Positions 28,801-44,000 of a DNA stretch of 64,000 nt are shown in pieces. Every line of letters starts with the position of its first letter. Within the stretch, counting starts at the first letter, position 1. Source of the DNA: Eledone cirrhosa (lineage: Eukaryota); NCBI GenBank assembly GCA_964016885.1, contig OZ024763.1:23126001-23190000 (forward strand), given 5' to 3'. A program made the position numbers and the translations under genes. The notes under the pieces were generated by a model that saw only the letters and a program-made list of their open reading frames with translations, searched no databases and had not been told where the DNA came from.

Positions 28801-31800
28801 AACATACATAACCCCATCAGTGAAGCCCTTTAGTATAGGTCAACTGGGAAATTATAACACACATAACCCTATCAGTGAAGCCCTTTAGTATAGGTGAACT
28901 GGGAAATTATAACATACTAACCCCATCAGTGAAGCCCTTTAGTATAGGTCAACTGGGAAATTATAACATACATAACCCTATCAGTAAAGCCGTTTAGTAT
29001 AGGTGAACTGGGAAATTATAACACACATAACCCCATCAGTGAAGCCCTTTAGTATAGGTCAACTGGGAAATTATAACACACATAACCCTATCAGTAAAGC
29101 CCTTTAGTATAGGTCAACTGGGAAATTATAACACACATACCCCTATCAGTAAAGCCCTTTAGTATAGGTCAACTAGGAAATTATAACACACATAACCCCA
29201 TCAGTGAAGCCCTTCAGTATAGGTCAACTGGGAAATTATAACACACATAACCCCATCAGTGAAGCCCTTTAGTATAGGTGAACTGGAAAATTATAACACA
29301 CATAACCCCATCAGTGAAGCCCTTTAGTATAGGTCAACTGGGAAATTATAACACACATAACCCCATCAGTGAAGCCCTTTAGTATAGGTCAACTGGGAAA
29401 TTATAAAACACATAACCCCATCAGTGAAGCCCTTTAGTATAGGTCAACTGGGAAATTATAACATACATAACCCCATCAGTGAAGCCCTTTAGTATAGGTC
29501 AACTGGGAAATTATAACATACATAACCCCATCAGTGAAGCCCTTTAGTATAGGTCAACTGGGAAATTATAACACACATAACCCCATCAGTGAAGCCCTTT
29601 AGTATAGGTCAACTGGGAAAGTATAACATACATAACCCATCAGTGAAGCCCTTTAGTATAGGTCAACTGGGAAATTATAACACACATAACCCTATCAGTG
29701 AAGCCCTTTAGTATAGGTCAACTGGGAAATTATAACATACATAACCCTATCAGTGAAGCCCTTTAGTATAGGTTAACTTGGAAATTATAACACACATAAC
29801 CCTATCAGTGAAGCCCTTTAGCATAGGTCAACTGGGAAATTATAACACACATAACCCCATCAGTGAAGCCCTTTAGTATAGATCAACTGCAAAATTATAA
29901 CACACATAACCCGATCAGTGAAGCCCTTTAGTATAGGTGAACTGGGAAATTATAACATACTAACCCCATCAGTGAAGCCCTTTAGTATAGGTCAACTGGG
30001 AAATTATAACATACTTAACCCTATCAGTAAAGCCCTTTAGTATATGTCATCTGGGAAATTATAACGTACATAACCGTATCAGTAAAGCCCTTTAGTATAG
30101 GTCAACTGGGAAATTATAACACATAACCATATCAGTGAAGCCCTTTAGTATAGGTCAACTGGGAAATTATAACACACATAACCCTATCAGTAAAGCCCTT
30201 TTGTATAGGTCAACTAGGAAATTATAACACACATAACCCCATCAGTGAAGCCCTTCAGTATAGGTCAACTGGGAAATTATAACACACATAACCCCATCAG
30301 TGAAGCCCTTTAGTATAGGTCAACTGGGAAATTATAACACACATAACCCCATCAGTGAAGCCCTTTAGTATAGGTCAACTGGGAAATTATAACACACATA
30401 ACCCCATCAGTTAAGCCCTTTAGTATAGGTCAACTGCGAAATTATAACACACATAACCCCATCAGTGAAGCCCTTTAGTATAGGTCAACTGGGAAATTAT
30501 AACATACATAACCCTATCAGTAAAGCCCTTTAGTATAGGTCAACTGGGAAATTATAACATACATAACCCTATCAGTGAAGCCCTTCAGTATAGGTCAACT
30601 GGGAAATTATAACACACATAACCCTATCAGTGAAGCCCTTTAATATAGGTCAACTGGGAAATTATAACACACATAACCCTATCAGTGAAGCCCTTTAATA
30701 TAGGTCAACTGCGAAATTATAACACACATAACCCTATCAGAAAAGCCCTTTAGTATAGGTCAACTGGGAAATTATAACACATAACCCTATCAGTGAAGCC
30801 CTTTAGTATAGGTCAACTGGGAAATTATAACACACATAACCCTATCAGTGAAGCCCTTTAGTATAGGTCAACTGGGAAATTATAACATACATAACACTAT
30901 CAGTAAAGCCCTTTAGTATAGGTCAACTGGGAAATTATAACACATAACCCTATCAGTGAAGCCCTTTAGTATAGGTCAACTAGGAAAGTATAACACACAT
31001 AACCCCATCAGTGAAGCCCTTCAGTATAGGTCAACTGGGAATTTATAACACACATAACCCCATCAGTGAAGCCCTTTAGTATAGGTGAACTGGGAAATTA
31101 TAACATACATAACCCTATCAGTGAAGCCCTTTAGTATAGGTTAACTTGGAAATTATAACACACATAACCCTATCAGTGAAGCTCTTTAGTATAGGTCAAA
31201 TTTGAAATTATAACACACATAACCCCGTCAGTGAAGCCCTTTAGTATAGGTCAACTGCGAAATTATAACACACATAACCCTATCAGTGAAGCCCTTTAGT
31301 ATAGGTGAACTGGGAAATTATAACATACTAACCCCATCAGTGAAGCCCTTTAGTATAGGTCAACTGGGAAATTATAACATACATAACCCTATCAGTAAAG
31401 CCCTTTAGTATATGTCAACTGGGAAATTATAACGTACATAACCGTATCAGTAAAGCCCTTTAGTATAGGTCAACTGGGAAATTATAACACATAACCCCAT
31501 CAGTGAAGCCCTTTAGTATAGGTCAACTGGGAAATTATAACACACATAACCCTATCAGTGAAGCCCTTTAGTATAGGTCAACTGGGAAATTATAACACAC
31601 ATAACCCCATCAGTGAAGCCCTTTAGTATAAGTCAACTGGGAAATTATAACATACATAACACTATCAGTAAAGCCCTTTAGTATAGGTCAACTGGGAAAT
31701 TATAAAACATAACCCTATCAGTGAAGCCCTTTAGTATAGGTCAACTGGGAAATTATAACACACATAACCCTATCAGTAAAGCCCTTTAGTATAGGTCAAC

Positions 31801-34800
31801 TAGGAAATTATAACACACATAACCCCATCAGTGAAGCTCTTCAGTATAGGTCAACTGGGAATTTATAACACACATAACCCCATCAGTGAAGCCCTTTAGT
31901 ATAGGTGAACTGGGAAATTATAACATACATAACCCTATCAGTGAAGCCCTTTAGTATAGGTTAACTTGGAAATTATAACACACATAACCCCGTCAGTGAA
32001 GCCCTTTAGTATAGGTCAACTGCGAAATTATAACACACATAACCCTATCAGTGAAGCCCTTTAGTATAGGTGAACTGGGAAATTATAACATACTAACCCC
32101 ATCAGTGAAGCCCTTTAGTATAGGTCAACTGGGAAATTATAACATACATAACCCTATCAGTAAAGCCCTTTAGTATATGTCAACTGGGAAATTATAACGT
32201 ACATAACCGTATCAGTAAAGCCCTTTAGTATAGGTCAACTGGGAAATTATAACACATAACCCCATCAGTGAAGCCCTTTAGTATAGGTCAACTGGGAAAT
32301 TATAACATACATAACCCTATCAGTAAAGCCCTTTAGTATAGGTCAACTGGGAAATTATAACACACATAACCCTATCAGTGAAGCCCTTTAGTATAGGTCA
32401 ACTGGGAAATTATAACACACATAACCCTATCAGTGAAGCCCTTTAGTATAGGTGAACTGGGAAATTATAACACATAACCCTATCAGTGAAGCCCTTTAGT
32501 ATAGGTCAACTGGGAAATTATAACACACATAACCTCATCAGTAAAGCCCTTTAGTATAGGTCAACTGGGAAATTATAACACACATAACCCTATCAGTGAA
32601 GCCCTTTAATATAGGTCAACTGGGAAATTATAAAACACATAACCCTATCAGAAAAACCCTTTAGTATAGGTCAACTGGGAAATTATAACACATAACCCTA
32701 TCAGTGAAGCCCTTTAGTATAGGTCAACTGGGAAATTATAACACACATAACCCTATCAGTAAAGCCCTTTAGTATAGGTCAACTGGGAAATTATAACATA
32801 CTAACCCCATCAGTGAAGCCCTTTAGTATAGGTCAACTGGGAAATTATAACACATAACCCTATCAGTGAAGCCCTTTAGTATAGGTCAACTGGGAAATTA
32901 TAACACACATAACCCTATCAGTGAAGCCCTTTAGTATAGGTCAACTGGGAAATTATAACACACATAACCCCATCAGTGAAGCCATCCAGTATAGGTCAAC
33001 TGGGAAATTATAACACATATAACCCCATCAGTGAAGCCCTTTAGTATAGGTCAACTGGGAAATTATAACATACTAACCCCATCAGTGAAGCCCTTTAGTA
33101 TAGGTGAACTGGGAAATTATAACATACTAACCCCATCAGTGAAGCCCTTTAGTATAGGTGAACTGGGAAATTATAACATACTAACCCCATCAGTGAAGCC
33201 CTTTAGTATAGATCAACTGGGAAATTATAACATACATAACCCTATCAGTAAAGCCGTTTAGTATAGGTGAACTGGGAAATTATAACACACATAACCCCAT
33301 CAGTGAAGCCCTTTAGTATAGGTCAACTGGGAAATTATAACACACATAACCCTATCAGTAAAGCCCTTTAGTATAGGTCAACTGGGAAATTATAACACAC
33401 ATAACCCTATCAGTAAAGCCCTTTAGTATAGGTCAACTAGGAAATTATAACACACATAACCCCATCAGTGAAGCCCTTCAGTATAGGTCAACTGGGAAAT
33501 TATAACACACATAACCCCATCAGTGAAGCCCTTTAGTATAGGTGAACTGGAAAATTATAACACACATAACCCCATCAGTGAAGCCCTTTAGTATAGGTCA
33601 ACTGGGAAATTATAACACACATAACCCCATCAGTGAAGCCCTTTAGTATAGGTCAACTGGGAAATTATAAAACACATAACCCCATCAGTGAAGCCCTTTA
33701 GTATAGGTCAACTGGGAAATTATAACATACATAACCCCATCAGTGAAGCCGTTTAGTATAGGTCAACTGGGAAATTATAACATACATAACCCCATCAGTG
33801 AAGCCCTTTAGTATAGGTCAACTGGGAAATTATAACACACATAACCCCATCAGTGAAGCCCTTTAGTATAGGTCAACTGGGAAAGTATAACATACATAAC
33901 CCATCAGTGAAGCCCTTTAGTATAGGTCAACTGGGAAATTATAACACACATAACCCTATCAGTGAAGCCCTTTAGTATAGGTCAACTGGGAAATTATAAC
34001 ATACATAACCCTATCAGTGAAGCCCTTTAGTATAGGTTAACTTGGAAATTATAACACACATAACCCTATCAGTGAAGCCCTTTAGCATAGGTCAACTGGG
34101 AAATTATAACACACATAACCCCATCAGTGAAGCCCTTTAGTATAGATCAACTGCGAAATTATAACACACATAACCCTATCAGTGAAGCCCTTTAGTATAG
34201 GTGAACTGGGAAATTATAACATACTAACCCCATCAGTGAAGCCCTTTAGTATAGGTCAACTGGGAAATTATAACATACTTAACCCTATCAGTAAAGCCCT
34301 TTAGTATATGTCATCTGGGAAATTATAACGTACATAACCGTATCAGTAAAGCCCTTTAGTATAGGTCAACTGGGAAATTATAACACACATAACCCTATCA
34401 GTAAAGCCCTTTTGTATAGGTCAACTAGGAAATTATAACACACATAACCCCATCAGTGAAGCCCTTCAGTATAGGTCAACTGGGAAATTATAACACACAT
34501 AACCCCATCAGTGAAGCCCTTTAGTATAGGTCAACTGGGAAATTATAACACACATAACCCAATCAGTGAAGCCCTTTAGTATAGGTCAACTGGGAAATTA
34601 TAACACACATAACCCCATCAGTGAAGCCCTTTAGTATAGGTCAACTGGGAAATTATAACACACATAACCCCATCAGTGAAGCCGTTTAGTATAGGTCAAC
34701 TGGGAAATTATAACATACATAACCCTATCAGTAAAGCCCTTTAGTATAGGTCAACTGGGAAATTATAACATACATAACCCTATCAGTGAAGCCCTTTAGT

Positions 34801-37160
34801 ATAAGTCAACTGGGAAATTATAACACACATAACCCTATCAGTGAAGCCCTTTAGTATAGGTCAACTGGGAAATTATAACACATATAACCCTATCAGTGAA
34901 GCCCTTCAGTATAGGTCAACTGGGAAATTATAACACACATAACCCTATCAGTGAAGCCCTTTAATATAGGTCAACTGTGAAATTATAACACACATAACCC
35001 TATTAGAAAAGCCCTTTAGTATAGGTCAACTGGGAAATTATAACACATAACCCTATCAGTGAAGCCCTTTAGTATAGGTCAACTAGGAAATTATAACACA
35101 CATAACCCCATCAGTGAAGCCCTTCAGTATAGGTCAACTGGGAATTTATAACACACATAACCCTATCAGTGAAGCCCTTTAGTATAGGTCAACTGGGAAA
35201 TTATAACACACATAACCCCATCAGTGAAGCCCTTTAGTATAAGTCAACTGGGAAATTATAACATACATAACACTATCAGTAAAGCCCTTTAGTATAGGTC
35301 AACTGGGAAATTATAAAACATAACCCTATCAGTGAAGCCCTTTAGTATAGGTCAACTGGGAAATTATAACACACATAACCCTATCAGTAAAGCCCTTTAG
35401 TATAGGTCAACTAGGAAATTATAACACACATAACCCCATCAGTGAAGCTCTTCAGTATAGGTCAACTGGGAATTTATAACACACATAACCCCATCAGTGA
35501 AGCCCTTTAGTATAGGTGAACTGGGAAATTATAACATACATAACCCTATCAGTGAAGCCCTTTAGTATAGGTTAACTTGGAAATTATAACACACATAACC
35601 CCGTCAGTGAAGCCCTTTAGTATAGGTCAACTGCGAAATTATAACACACATAACCCTATCAGTGAAGCCCTTTAGTATAGGTGAACTGGGAAATTATAAC
35701 ATACTAACCCCATCAGTGAAGCCCTTTAGTATAGGTCAACTGGGAAATTATAACATACATAACCCTTTCAGTAAAGCCCTTTAGTATATGTCAACTGGGA
35801 AATTATAACGTACATAACCGTATCAGTAAAGCCCTTTAGTATAGGTCAACTGGGAAATTATAACACATAACCCCATCAGTGAAGCCCTTTAGTATAGGTC
35901 AACTGGGAAATTATAACATACATAACCCTATCAGTAAAGCCCTTTAGTATAGGTCAACTGGGAAATTATAACACACATAACCCTATCAGTGAAGCCCTTT
36001 AGTATAGGTCAACTGGGAAATTATAACACACATAACCCTATCAGTGAAGCCCTTTAGTATAGGTGAACTGGGAAATTATAACACATAACCCTATCAGTGA
36101 AGCCCTTTAGTATAGGTCAACTGGGAAATTATAACACACATAACCTCACCAGTAAAGCCCTTTAGTATAGGTCAACTGGGAAATTATAACACACATAACC
36201 CTATCAGTGAAGCCCTTTAATATAGGTCAACTGGGAAATTATAAAACACATAACCCTATCAGAAAAACCCTTTAGTATAGGTCAACTGGGAAATTATAAC
36301 ACATAACCCTATCAGTGAAGCCCTTTAGTATAGGTCAACTGGGAAATTATAACACACATAACCCTATCAGTAAAGCCCTTTAGTATAGGTCAACTGGGAA
36401 ATTATAACATACTAACCCCATCAGTGAAGCCCTTTAGTATAGGTCAACTGGGAAATTATAACACATAACCCTATCAGTGAAGCCCTTTAGTATAGGTCAA
36501 CTGGGAAATTATAACACACATAACCCTATCAGTGAAGCCCTTTAGTATAGGTCAACTGGGAAATTATAACACACATAACCCCATCAGTGAAGCCATCCAG
36601 TATAGGTCAACTGGGAAATTATAACACATATAACCCCATCAGTGAAGCCCTTTAGTATAGGTCAACTGGGAAATTATAACATACTAACCCCATCAGTGAA
36701 GCCCTTTAGTATAGGTGAACTGGGAAATTATAACATACTAACCCCATCAGTGAAGCCCTTTAGTATAGGTGAACTGGGAAATTATAACATACTAACCCCA
36801 TCAGTGAAGCCCTTTAGTATAGATCAACTGGGAAATTATAACATACATAACCCTATCAGTAAAGCCGTTTAGTATAGGTGAACTGGGAAATTATAACACA
36901 CATAACCCCATCAGTGAAGCCCTTTAGTATAGGTCAACTGGGAAATTATAACACACATAACCCTATCAGTAAAGCCCTTTAGTATAGGTCAACTGGGAAA
37001 TTATAACACACATAACCCTATCAGTAAAGCCCTTTAGTATAGGTCAACTAGGAAATTATAACACACATAACCCCATCAGTGAAGCCCTTCAGTATAGGTC
37101 AACTGGGAAATTATAACACACATAACCCCATCAGTGAAGCCCTTTAGTATAGGTGAACTG
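1875..37160 (+). repeat. Higher-order macro-repeat: three tandem copies of 12,447 / 10,316 / 12,447 bp (boundaries approximate)
   Basis: Rare markers recur at fixed offsets: 13-bp-deleted monomer at 3240/15687/26003; CAACTTGGGA insertion at 2274/14721/25037; TAGAAAAG (CCCTATTAG variant) at 12241/22557/35004; 76-aa pseudo-ORF at 13879/24195/36642. Confidence 0.88.
3170..7190 (+). repeat. 2 x 2,011-bp (about 37-monomer) tandem duplication nested in the macro-repeat; also at about 15620-19640 and 25930-29950
   Basis: The deleted monomer recurs at 3240/5251, 15687/17698 and 26003/28014 (offset 2,011 each), with the same order of variants (GCCATCCAG, GAAGACC, AACCCGATC). Confidence 0.88.
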
Positions 37161-38760
37161 GAAAATTATAACACACATAACCCCATCAGTGAAGCCCTTT
37201 AGTATAGGTCAACTGGGAAATTATAACACACATAACCCCATCAGTGAAGCCCTTTAGTATAGGTCAACTGGGAAATTATAAAACACATAACCCCATCAGT
37301 GAAGCCCTTTAGTATAGGTCAACTGGGAAATTATAACATACATAACCCCATCAGTGAAGCCCTTTAGTATAGGTCAACTGGGAAATTATAACATACATAA
37401 CCCCATCAGTGAAGCCCTTTAGTATAGGTCAACTGGGAAATTATAACACACATAACCCCATCAGTGAAGCCCTTTAGTATAGGTCAACTGGGAAAGTATA
37501 ACATACATAACCCATCAGTGAAGCCCTTTAGTATAGGTCAACTGGGAAATTATAACACACATAACCCTATCAGTGAAGCCCTTTAGTATAGGTCAACTGG
37601 GAAATTATAACATACATAACCCTATCAGTGAAGCCCTTTAGTATAGGTTAACTTGGAAATTATAACACACATAACCCTATCAGTGAAGCCCTTTAGCATA
37701 GGTCAACTGGGAAATTATAACACACATAACCCCATCAGTGAAGCCCTTTAGTATAGATCAACTGCGAAATTATAACACACATAACCCTATCAGTGAAGCC
37801 CTTTAGTATAGGTGAACTGGGAAATTATAACATACTAACCCCATCAGTGAAGCCCTTTAGTATAGGTCAACTGGGAAATTATAACATACTTAACCCTATC
37901 AGTAAAGCCCTTTAGTATATGTCATCTGGGAAATTATAACGTACATAACCGTATCAGTAAAGCCCTTTAGTATAGGTCAACTGGGAAATTATAACACACA
38001 TAACCCTATCAGTAAAGCCCTTTTGTATAGGTCAACTAGGAAATTATAACACACATAACCCCATCAGTGAAGCCCTTCAGTATAGGTCAACTGGGAAATT
38101 ATAACACACATAACCCCATCAGTGAAGCCCTTTAGTATAGGTCAACTGGGAAATTATAACACACATAACCCAATCAGTGAAGCCCTTTAGTATAGGTCAA
38201 CTGGGAAATTATAACACACATAACCCCATCAGTGAAGCCCTTTAGTATAGGTCAACTGGGAAATTATAACACACATAACCCCATCAGTGAAGCCGTTTAG
38301 TATAGGTCAACTGGGAAATTATAACATACATAACCCTATCAGTAAAGCCCTTTAGTATAGGTCAACTGGGAAATTATAACATACATAACCCTATCAGTGA
38401 AGCCCTTTAGTATAAGTCAACTGGGAAATTATAACACACATAACCCTATCAGTGAAGCCCTTTAGTATAGGTCAACTGGGAAATTATAACACATATAACC
38501 CTATCAGTGAAGCCCTTCAGTATAGGTCAACTGGGAAATTATAACACACATAACCCTATCAGTGAAGCCCTTTAATATAGGTCAACTGTGAAATTATAAC
38601 ACACATAACCCTATTAGAAAAGCCCTTTAGTATAGGTCAACTGGGAAATTATAACACATAACCCTATCAGTGAAGCCCTTTAGTATAGGTCAACTAGGAA
38701 ATTATAACACACATAACCCCATCAGTGAAGCCCTTCAGTATAGGTCAACTGGGAATTTAT
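31540..38760 (+). repeat. 2 x 3,611-bp (about 66-monomer) tandem duplication; about 1.5 copies also at about 8760-14390
   Basis: Pseudo-ORF at 10268/13879 and 33031/36642, and the CCCTATTAG variant at 35004/38615, are all offset by 3,611. Confidence 0.85.
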
Positions 38761-41049
38761 AACACACATAACCCCATCAGTGAAGCCCTTTAGTATAGGT
38801 GAACTGGGAAATTATAACATACATAACCCTATCAGTGAAGCCCTTTAGTATAGGTTAACTTGGAAATTATAACACACATAACCCTATCAGTGAAGCTCTT
38901 TAGTATAGGTCAAATGGGAAATTATAACACACATAACCCCGTCAGTGAAGCCCTTTAGTATAGGTCAACTGCGAAATTATAACATACTAACCCCATCAGT
39001 GAAGCCCTTTAGTATAGGTCAACTGGGAAATTATAACACATAACCCCATCAGTGAAGCCCTTTAGTATAGGTCAACTGGGAAATTATAACATACATAACC
39101 CTATCAGTAAAGCCCTTTAGTATAGGTCAACTGGGAAATTATAACACACATAACCCTATCAGTGAAGCCCTTTAGTATAGGTCAACTGGGAAATTATAAC
39201 ACACATAACCCTATCAGTGAAGCCCTTTAGTATAGGTGAACTGGGAAATTATAACACATAACCCTATCAGTGAAGCCCTTTAGTATAGGTCAACTGGGAA
39301 ATTATAACACACATAACCTCATCAGTAAAGCCCTTTAGTATAGGTCAACTGGGAAATTATAACACACATAACCCTATCAGTGAAGCCCTTTAATATAGGT
39401 CAACTGGGAAATTATAACACACATAACCCTATCAGAAAAACCCTTTAGTATAGGTCAACTGGGAAATTATAACACATAACCCTATCAGTGAAGCCCTTTA
39501 GTATAGGTCAACTGGGAAATTATAACACACATAACCCTATCAGTAAAGCCCTTTAGTATAGGTCAACTGGGAAATTATAACATACTAACCCCATCAGTGA
39601 AGCCCTTTAGTATAGGTCAACTGGGAAATTATAACACATAACCCTATCAGTGAAGCCCTTTAGTATAGGTCAACTGGGAAATTATAACACACATAACCCT
39701 ATCAGTGAAGCCCTTTAGTATAGGTCAACTGGGAAATTATAACACACATAACCCCATCAGTGAAGCCATCCAGTATAGGTCAACTGGGAAATTATAACAC
39801 ACATAACCCCATCAGTGAAGCCCTTTAGTATAGGTCAACTGGGAAATTATAACATACTAACCCCATCAGTGAAGCCCTTTAGTATAGGTGAACTGGGAAA
39901 TTATAACATACTAACCCCATCAGTGAAGCCCTTTAGTATAGGTCAACTGGGAAATTATAACATACATAACCCTATCAGTGAAGCCCTTTAGTATAGGTCA
40001 ACTGGGAAATTACAACACACATAACCCCATCAGTGAAGCCCTTTAGTATAGGTCAACTGGGAAATTATAACACACATAATCCCATCAGTGAAGCCCTTTA
40101 GTATAGGTCAACTGGGAAATTATAACATACATAACCCCATCAGTGAAGCCCTTTAGTATAGGTCAACTGGGAAATTATAACACACATAACCGTATCAGTG
40201 AAGCCCTTTAGTATAGGTGAACTGGGAAATTATAACATACTAACCCCATCAGTGAAGCCCTTTAGTATAGGTCAACTGGGAAATTATAACATACATAACC
40301 CTATCAGTAAAGCCGTTTAGTATAGGTGAACTGGGAAATTATAACACACATAACCCCATCAGTGAAGCCCTTTAGTATAGGTCAACTGGGAAATTATAAC
40401 ACACATAACCCTATCAGTAAAGCCCTTTAGTATAGGTCAACTGGGAAATTATAACACACATAACCCTATCAGTAAAGCCCTTTAGTATAGGTCAACTGGG
40501 AAATTATAACATACATAACCCTATCAGTGAAGCCCTTTAGTATAGGTCAACTGGGAAATTATAACATACATAACCCTATCAGTGAAGCCCTTTAGTATAG
40601 GTTAACTTGGAAATTATAACACACATAACCCTATCAGTGAAGCCCTTTAGCATAGGTCAACTGGGAAATTATAACACACATAACCCTATCAGTAAAGCCC
40701 TTTAGTATAGGTCAACTGGGAAATTATAACATACATAACCCTATCAGTGAAGCCCTTTAGTATAGGTTAACTTGGAAATTATAACACACATAACCCTATC
40801 AGTGAAGCCCTTTAGCATAGGTCAACTGGAAAATTATAACACACATAACCCCATCAGTGAAGCCCTTTAGTATAGGTCAACTGGGAAATTATAACATACT
40901 TAACCCTATCAGTAAAGCCCTTTAGTATATGTCATCTGGGAAATTATAACGTACATAACCGTATCAGTAAAGCCCTTTAGTATAGGTCAACTGGGAAATT
41001 ATAACACACATAACCCTATCAGTAAAGCCCTTTTGTATAGGTCAACTAG

Positions 41050-44000
41050 GAAATTATAACACACATAACCCCATCAGTGAAGCCCTTCAGTATAGGTCAA
41101 CTGGGAAATTATAACACACATAACCCCATCAGTGAAGCCCTTTAGTATAGGTCAACTGGGAAATTATAACACACATAACCCAATCAGTGAAGCCCTTTAG
41201 TATAGGTCAACTGGGAAATTATAACACACATAACCCCATCAGTGAAGCCCTTTAGTATAGGTCAACTGGGAAATTATAACACACATAACCCCATCAGTGA
41301 AGCCCTTTAGTATAGGTCAACTGGGAAATTATAACATACATAACCCTATCAGTAAAGCCCTTTAGTATAGGTCAACTGGGAAATTATAACATACATAACC
41401 CTATCAGTGAAGCCCTTTAGTATAAGTCAACTGGGAAATTATAACACACATAACCCTATCAGTGAAGCCCTTTAGTATAGGTCAACTGGGAAATTATAAC
41501 ACATATAACCCTATCAGTGAAGCCCTTCAGTATAGGTCAACTGGGAAATTATAACACACATAACCCTATCAGTGAAGCCCTTTAATATAGGTCAACTGCG
41601 AAATTATAACACACATAACCCTATCAGAAAAGCCCTTTAGTATAGGTCAACTGGGAAATTATAACACATAACCCTATCAGTGAAGCCCTTTAGTATAGGT
41701 CAACTGGGAAATTATAACACACATAACCCTATCAGTGAAGCCCTTTAGTATAGGTCAACTGGGAAATTATAACATACATAACACTATCAGTAAAGCCCTT
41801 TAGTATAGGTCAACTGGGAAATTATAACACATAACCCTATCAGTGAAGCCCTTTAGTATAGGTCAACTAGGAAATTATAACACACATAACCCCATCAGTG
41901 AAGCCCTTCAGTATAGGTCAACTGGGAATTTATAACACACATAACCCCATCAGTGAAGCCCTTTAGTATAGGTGAACTGGGAAATTATAACATACTTAAC
42001 CCTATCAGTGAAGCCCTTTAGTATAGGTTAACTTGGAAATTATAACACACATAACCCTATCAGTGAAGCTCTTTAGTATAGGTCAAATGGGAAATTATAA
42101 CACACATAACCCCGTCAGTGAAGCCCTTTAGTATAGGTCAACTGCGAAATTATAACATACTAACCCCATCAGTGAAGCCCTTTAGTATAGGTCAACTGGG
42201 AAATTATAACATACATAACCCTATCAGTAAAGCCCTTTAGTATATGTCAACTGGGAAATTATAACGTACATAACCGTATCAGTAAAGCCCTTTAGTATAG
42301 GTCAACTGGGAAATTATAACATACATAACCCTATCAGTGAAGCCCTTTAGTATAGGTTAACTTGGAAATTATAACACACATAACCCTATCAGTGAAGCCC
42401 TTTAGTATAGGTCAACTGGGAAATTATGACATACATAACCCTATCAGTGAAGCCCTTTAGTATAGGTCAACTGGGAAATTATAACACACATAACCCTATC
42501 AGTAAAGCCCTTTAGTATAGGTCAACTGGGAAATTATAACACACATAACCCCATCAGTGAAGCCCTTTAGTATAGGTCAACTGGGAAATTATAACACACA
42601 TAACCCTATCAGTGAAGCCCTTTAGTATAGGTCAACTGGGAAATTATAACACACATAACCCCATCAGTGAAGCCCTTTAGTATAGGTCAACTGGGAAATT
42701 ATAACATACATAACACTATCAGTAAAGCCCTTTAGTATAGGTCAACTGGGAAATTATAAAACATAACCCTATCAGTGAAGCCCTTTAGTATAGGTCAACT
42801 GGGAAATTATAACACACATAACCCTATCAGTAAAGCCCTTTAGTATAGGTCAACTGGGAAATTATAACATACATAACCCTATCAGTAAAGCCCTTTAGTA
42901 TATGTCAACTGGGAAATTATAACGTACATAACCGTATCAGTAAAGCCCTTTAGTATAGGTCAACTGGGAAATTATAACACATAACCCCATCAGTGAAGCC
43001 CTTTAGTATAGGTCAACTGGGAAATTATAACATACATAACCCTATCAGTAAAGCCCTTTAGTATAGGTCAACTGGGAAATTATAACACATGACCCTATCA
43101 GTGAAGCCCTTTAGTATAGGTCAACTGGGAAATTATAACACACATAACCCTATCAGTAAAGCCCTTTAGTATAGGTCAACTAGGAAATTATAACACACAT
43201 AACCCCATCAGTGAAGCCTTTCAGTATAGGTCAACTGGGAAATTATAACACACATAACCCCTTCAGTGAAGCCCTTTAGTATAGGTCAACTGGAAATTAT
43301 GACATACATAACCCTATCAGTGAAGCCCTTTAGTATAGGTCAACTGGGAAATTATAACACACATAACCCTATCAGTGAAGCCCTTTAGTATAGGTCAACT
43401 GGGAAATTATAACACACATAACCCTATCAGTGAAGCCCTTTAGTATAGGTCAACTGGGAAATTATGACATACATAACCCTATCAGTGAAGCCCTTTAGTA
43501 TAGGTCAACTGGGAAATTATAACACACGTAACCCAATCAGTGAAGCCCTTTAGTATAGGTCAACTGGGAAATTATAACACACATAACCCCATCAGTGAAA
43601 CCCTTTAGTATAGGTCAACTGGGAAATTATAACACACATAACCCCATCAGTGAAGCCCTTTAGTATAGGTCAACTGGGAAATTATAACACACATAACCCC
43701 ATCAGTGAAGCCCTTTAGTATAGGTCAACTGGGAAATTATAACACACATAACCCCATCAGTGAAGCCCTTTAGTATAGGTCAACTGGGAAATTATAACAT
43801 ACATAACCCCATCAGTGAAGCCCTTTAGTATAGGTCAACTGGGAAATTATAACATACATAACCCCATCAGTGAAGCCCTTTAGTATAGGTCAACTGGGAA
43901 ATTATAACATACATAACCCCATCAGTGAAGCCCTTTAGTATAGGTCAACTGGGAAATTATAACACACATAACCCTATCAGTGAAGCCCTTTAGTATAGGT

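Noticed and set aside
10268-36872. Five identical 76-aa ORFs (10268, 13879, 24195, 33031, 36642)
   Set aside because: They are by-products of three consecutive 54-bp monomers (18-aa repeat) keeping a frame open, start at GTG, and were copied by the higher-order duplications. They are useful only as markers.
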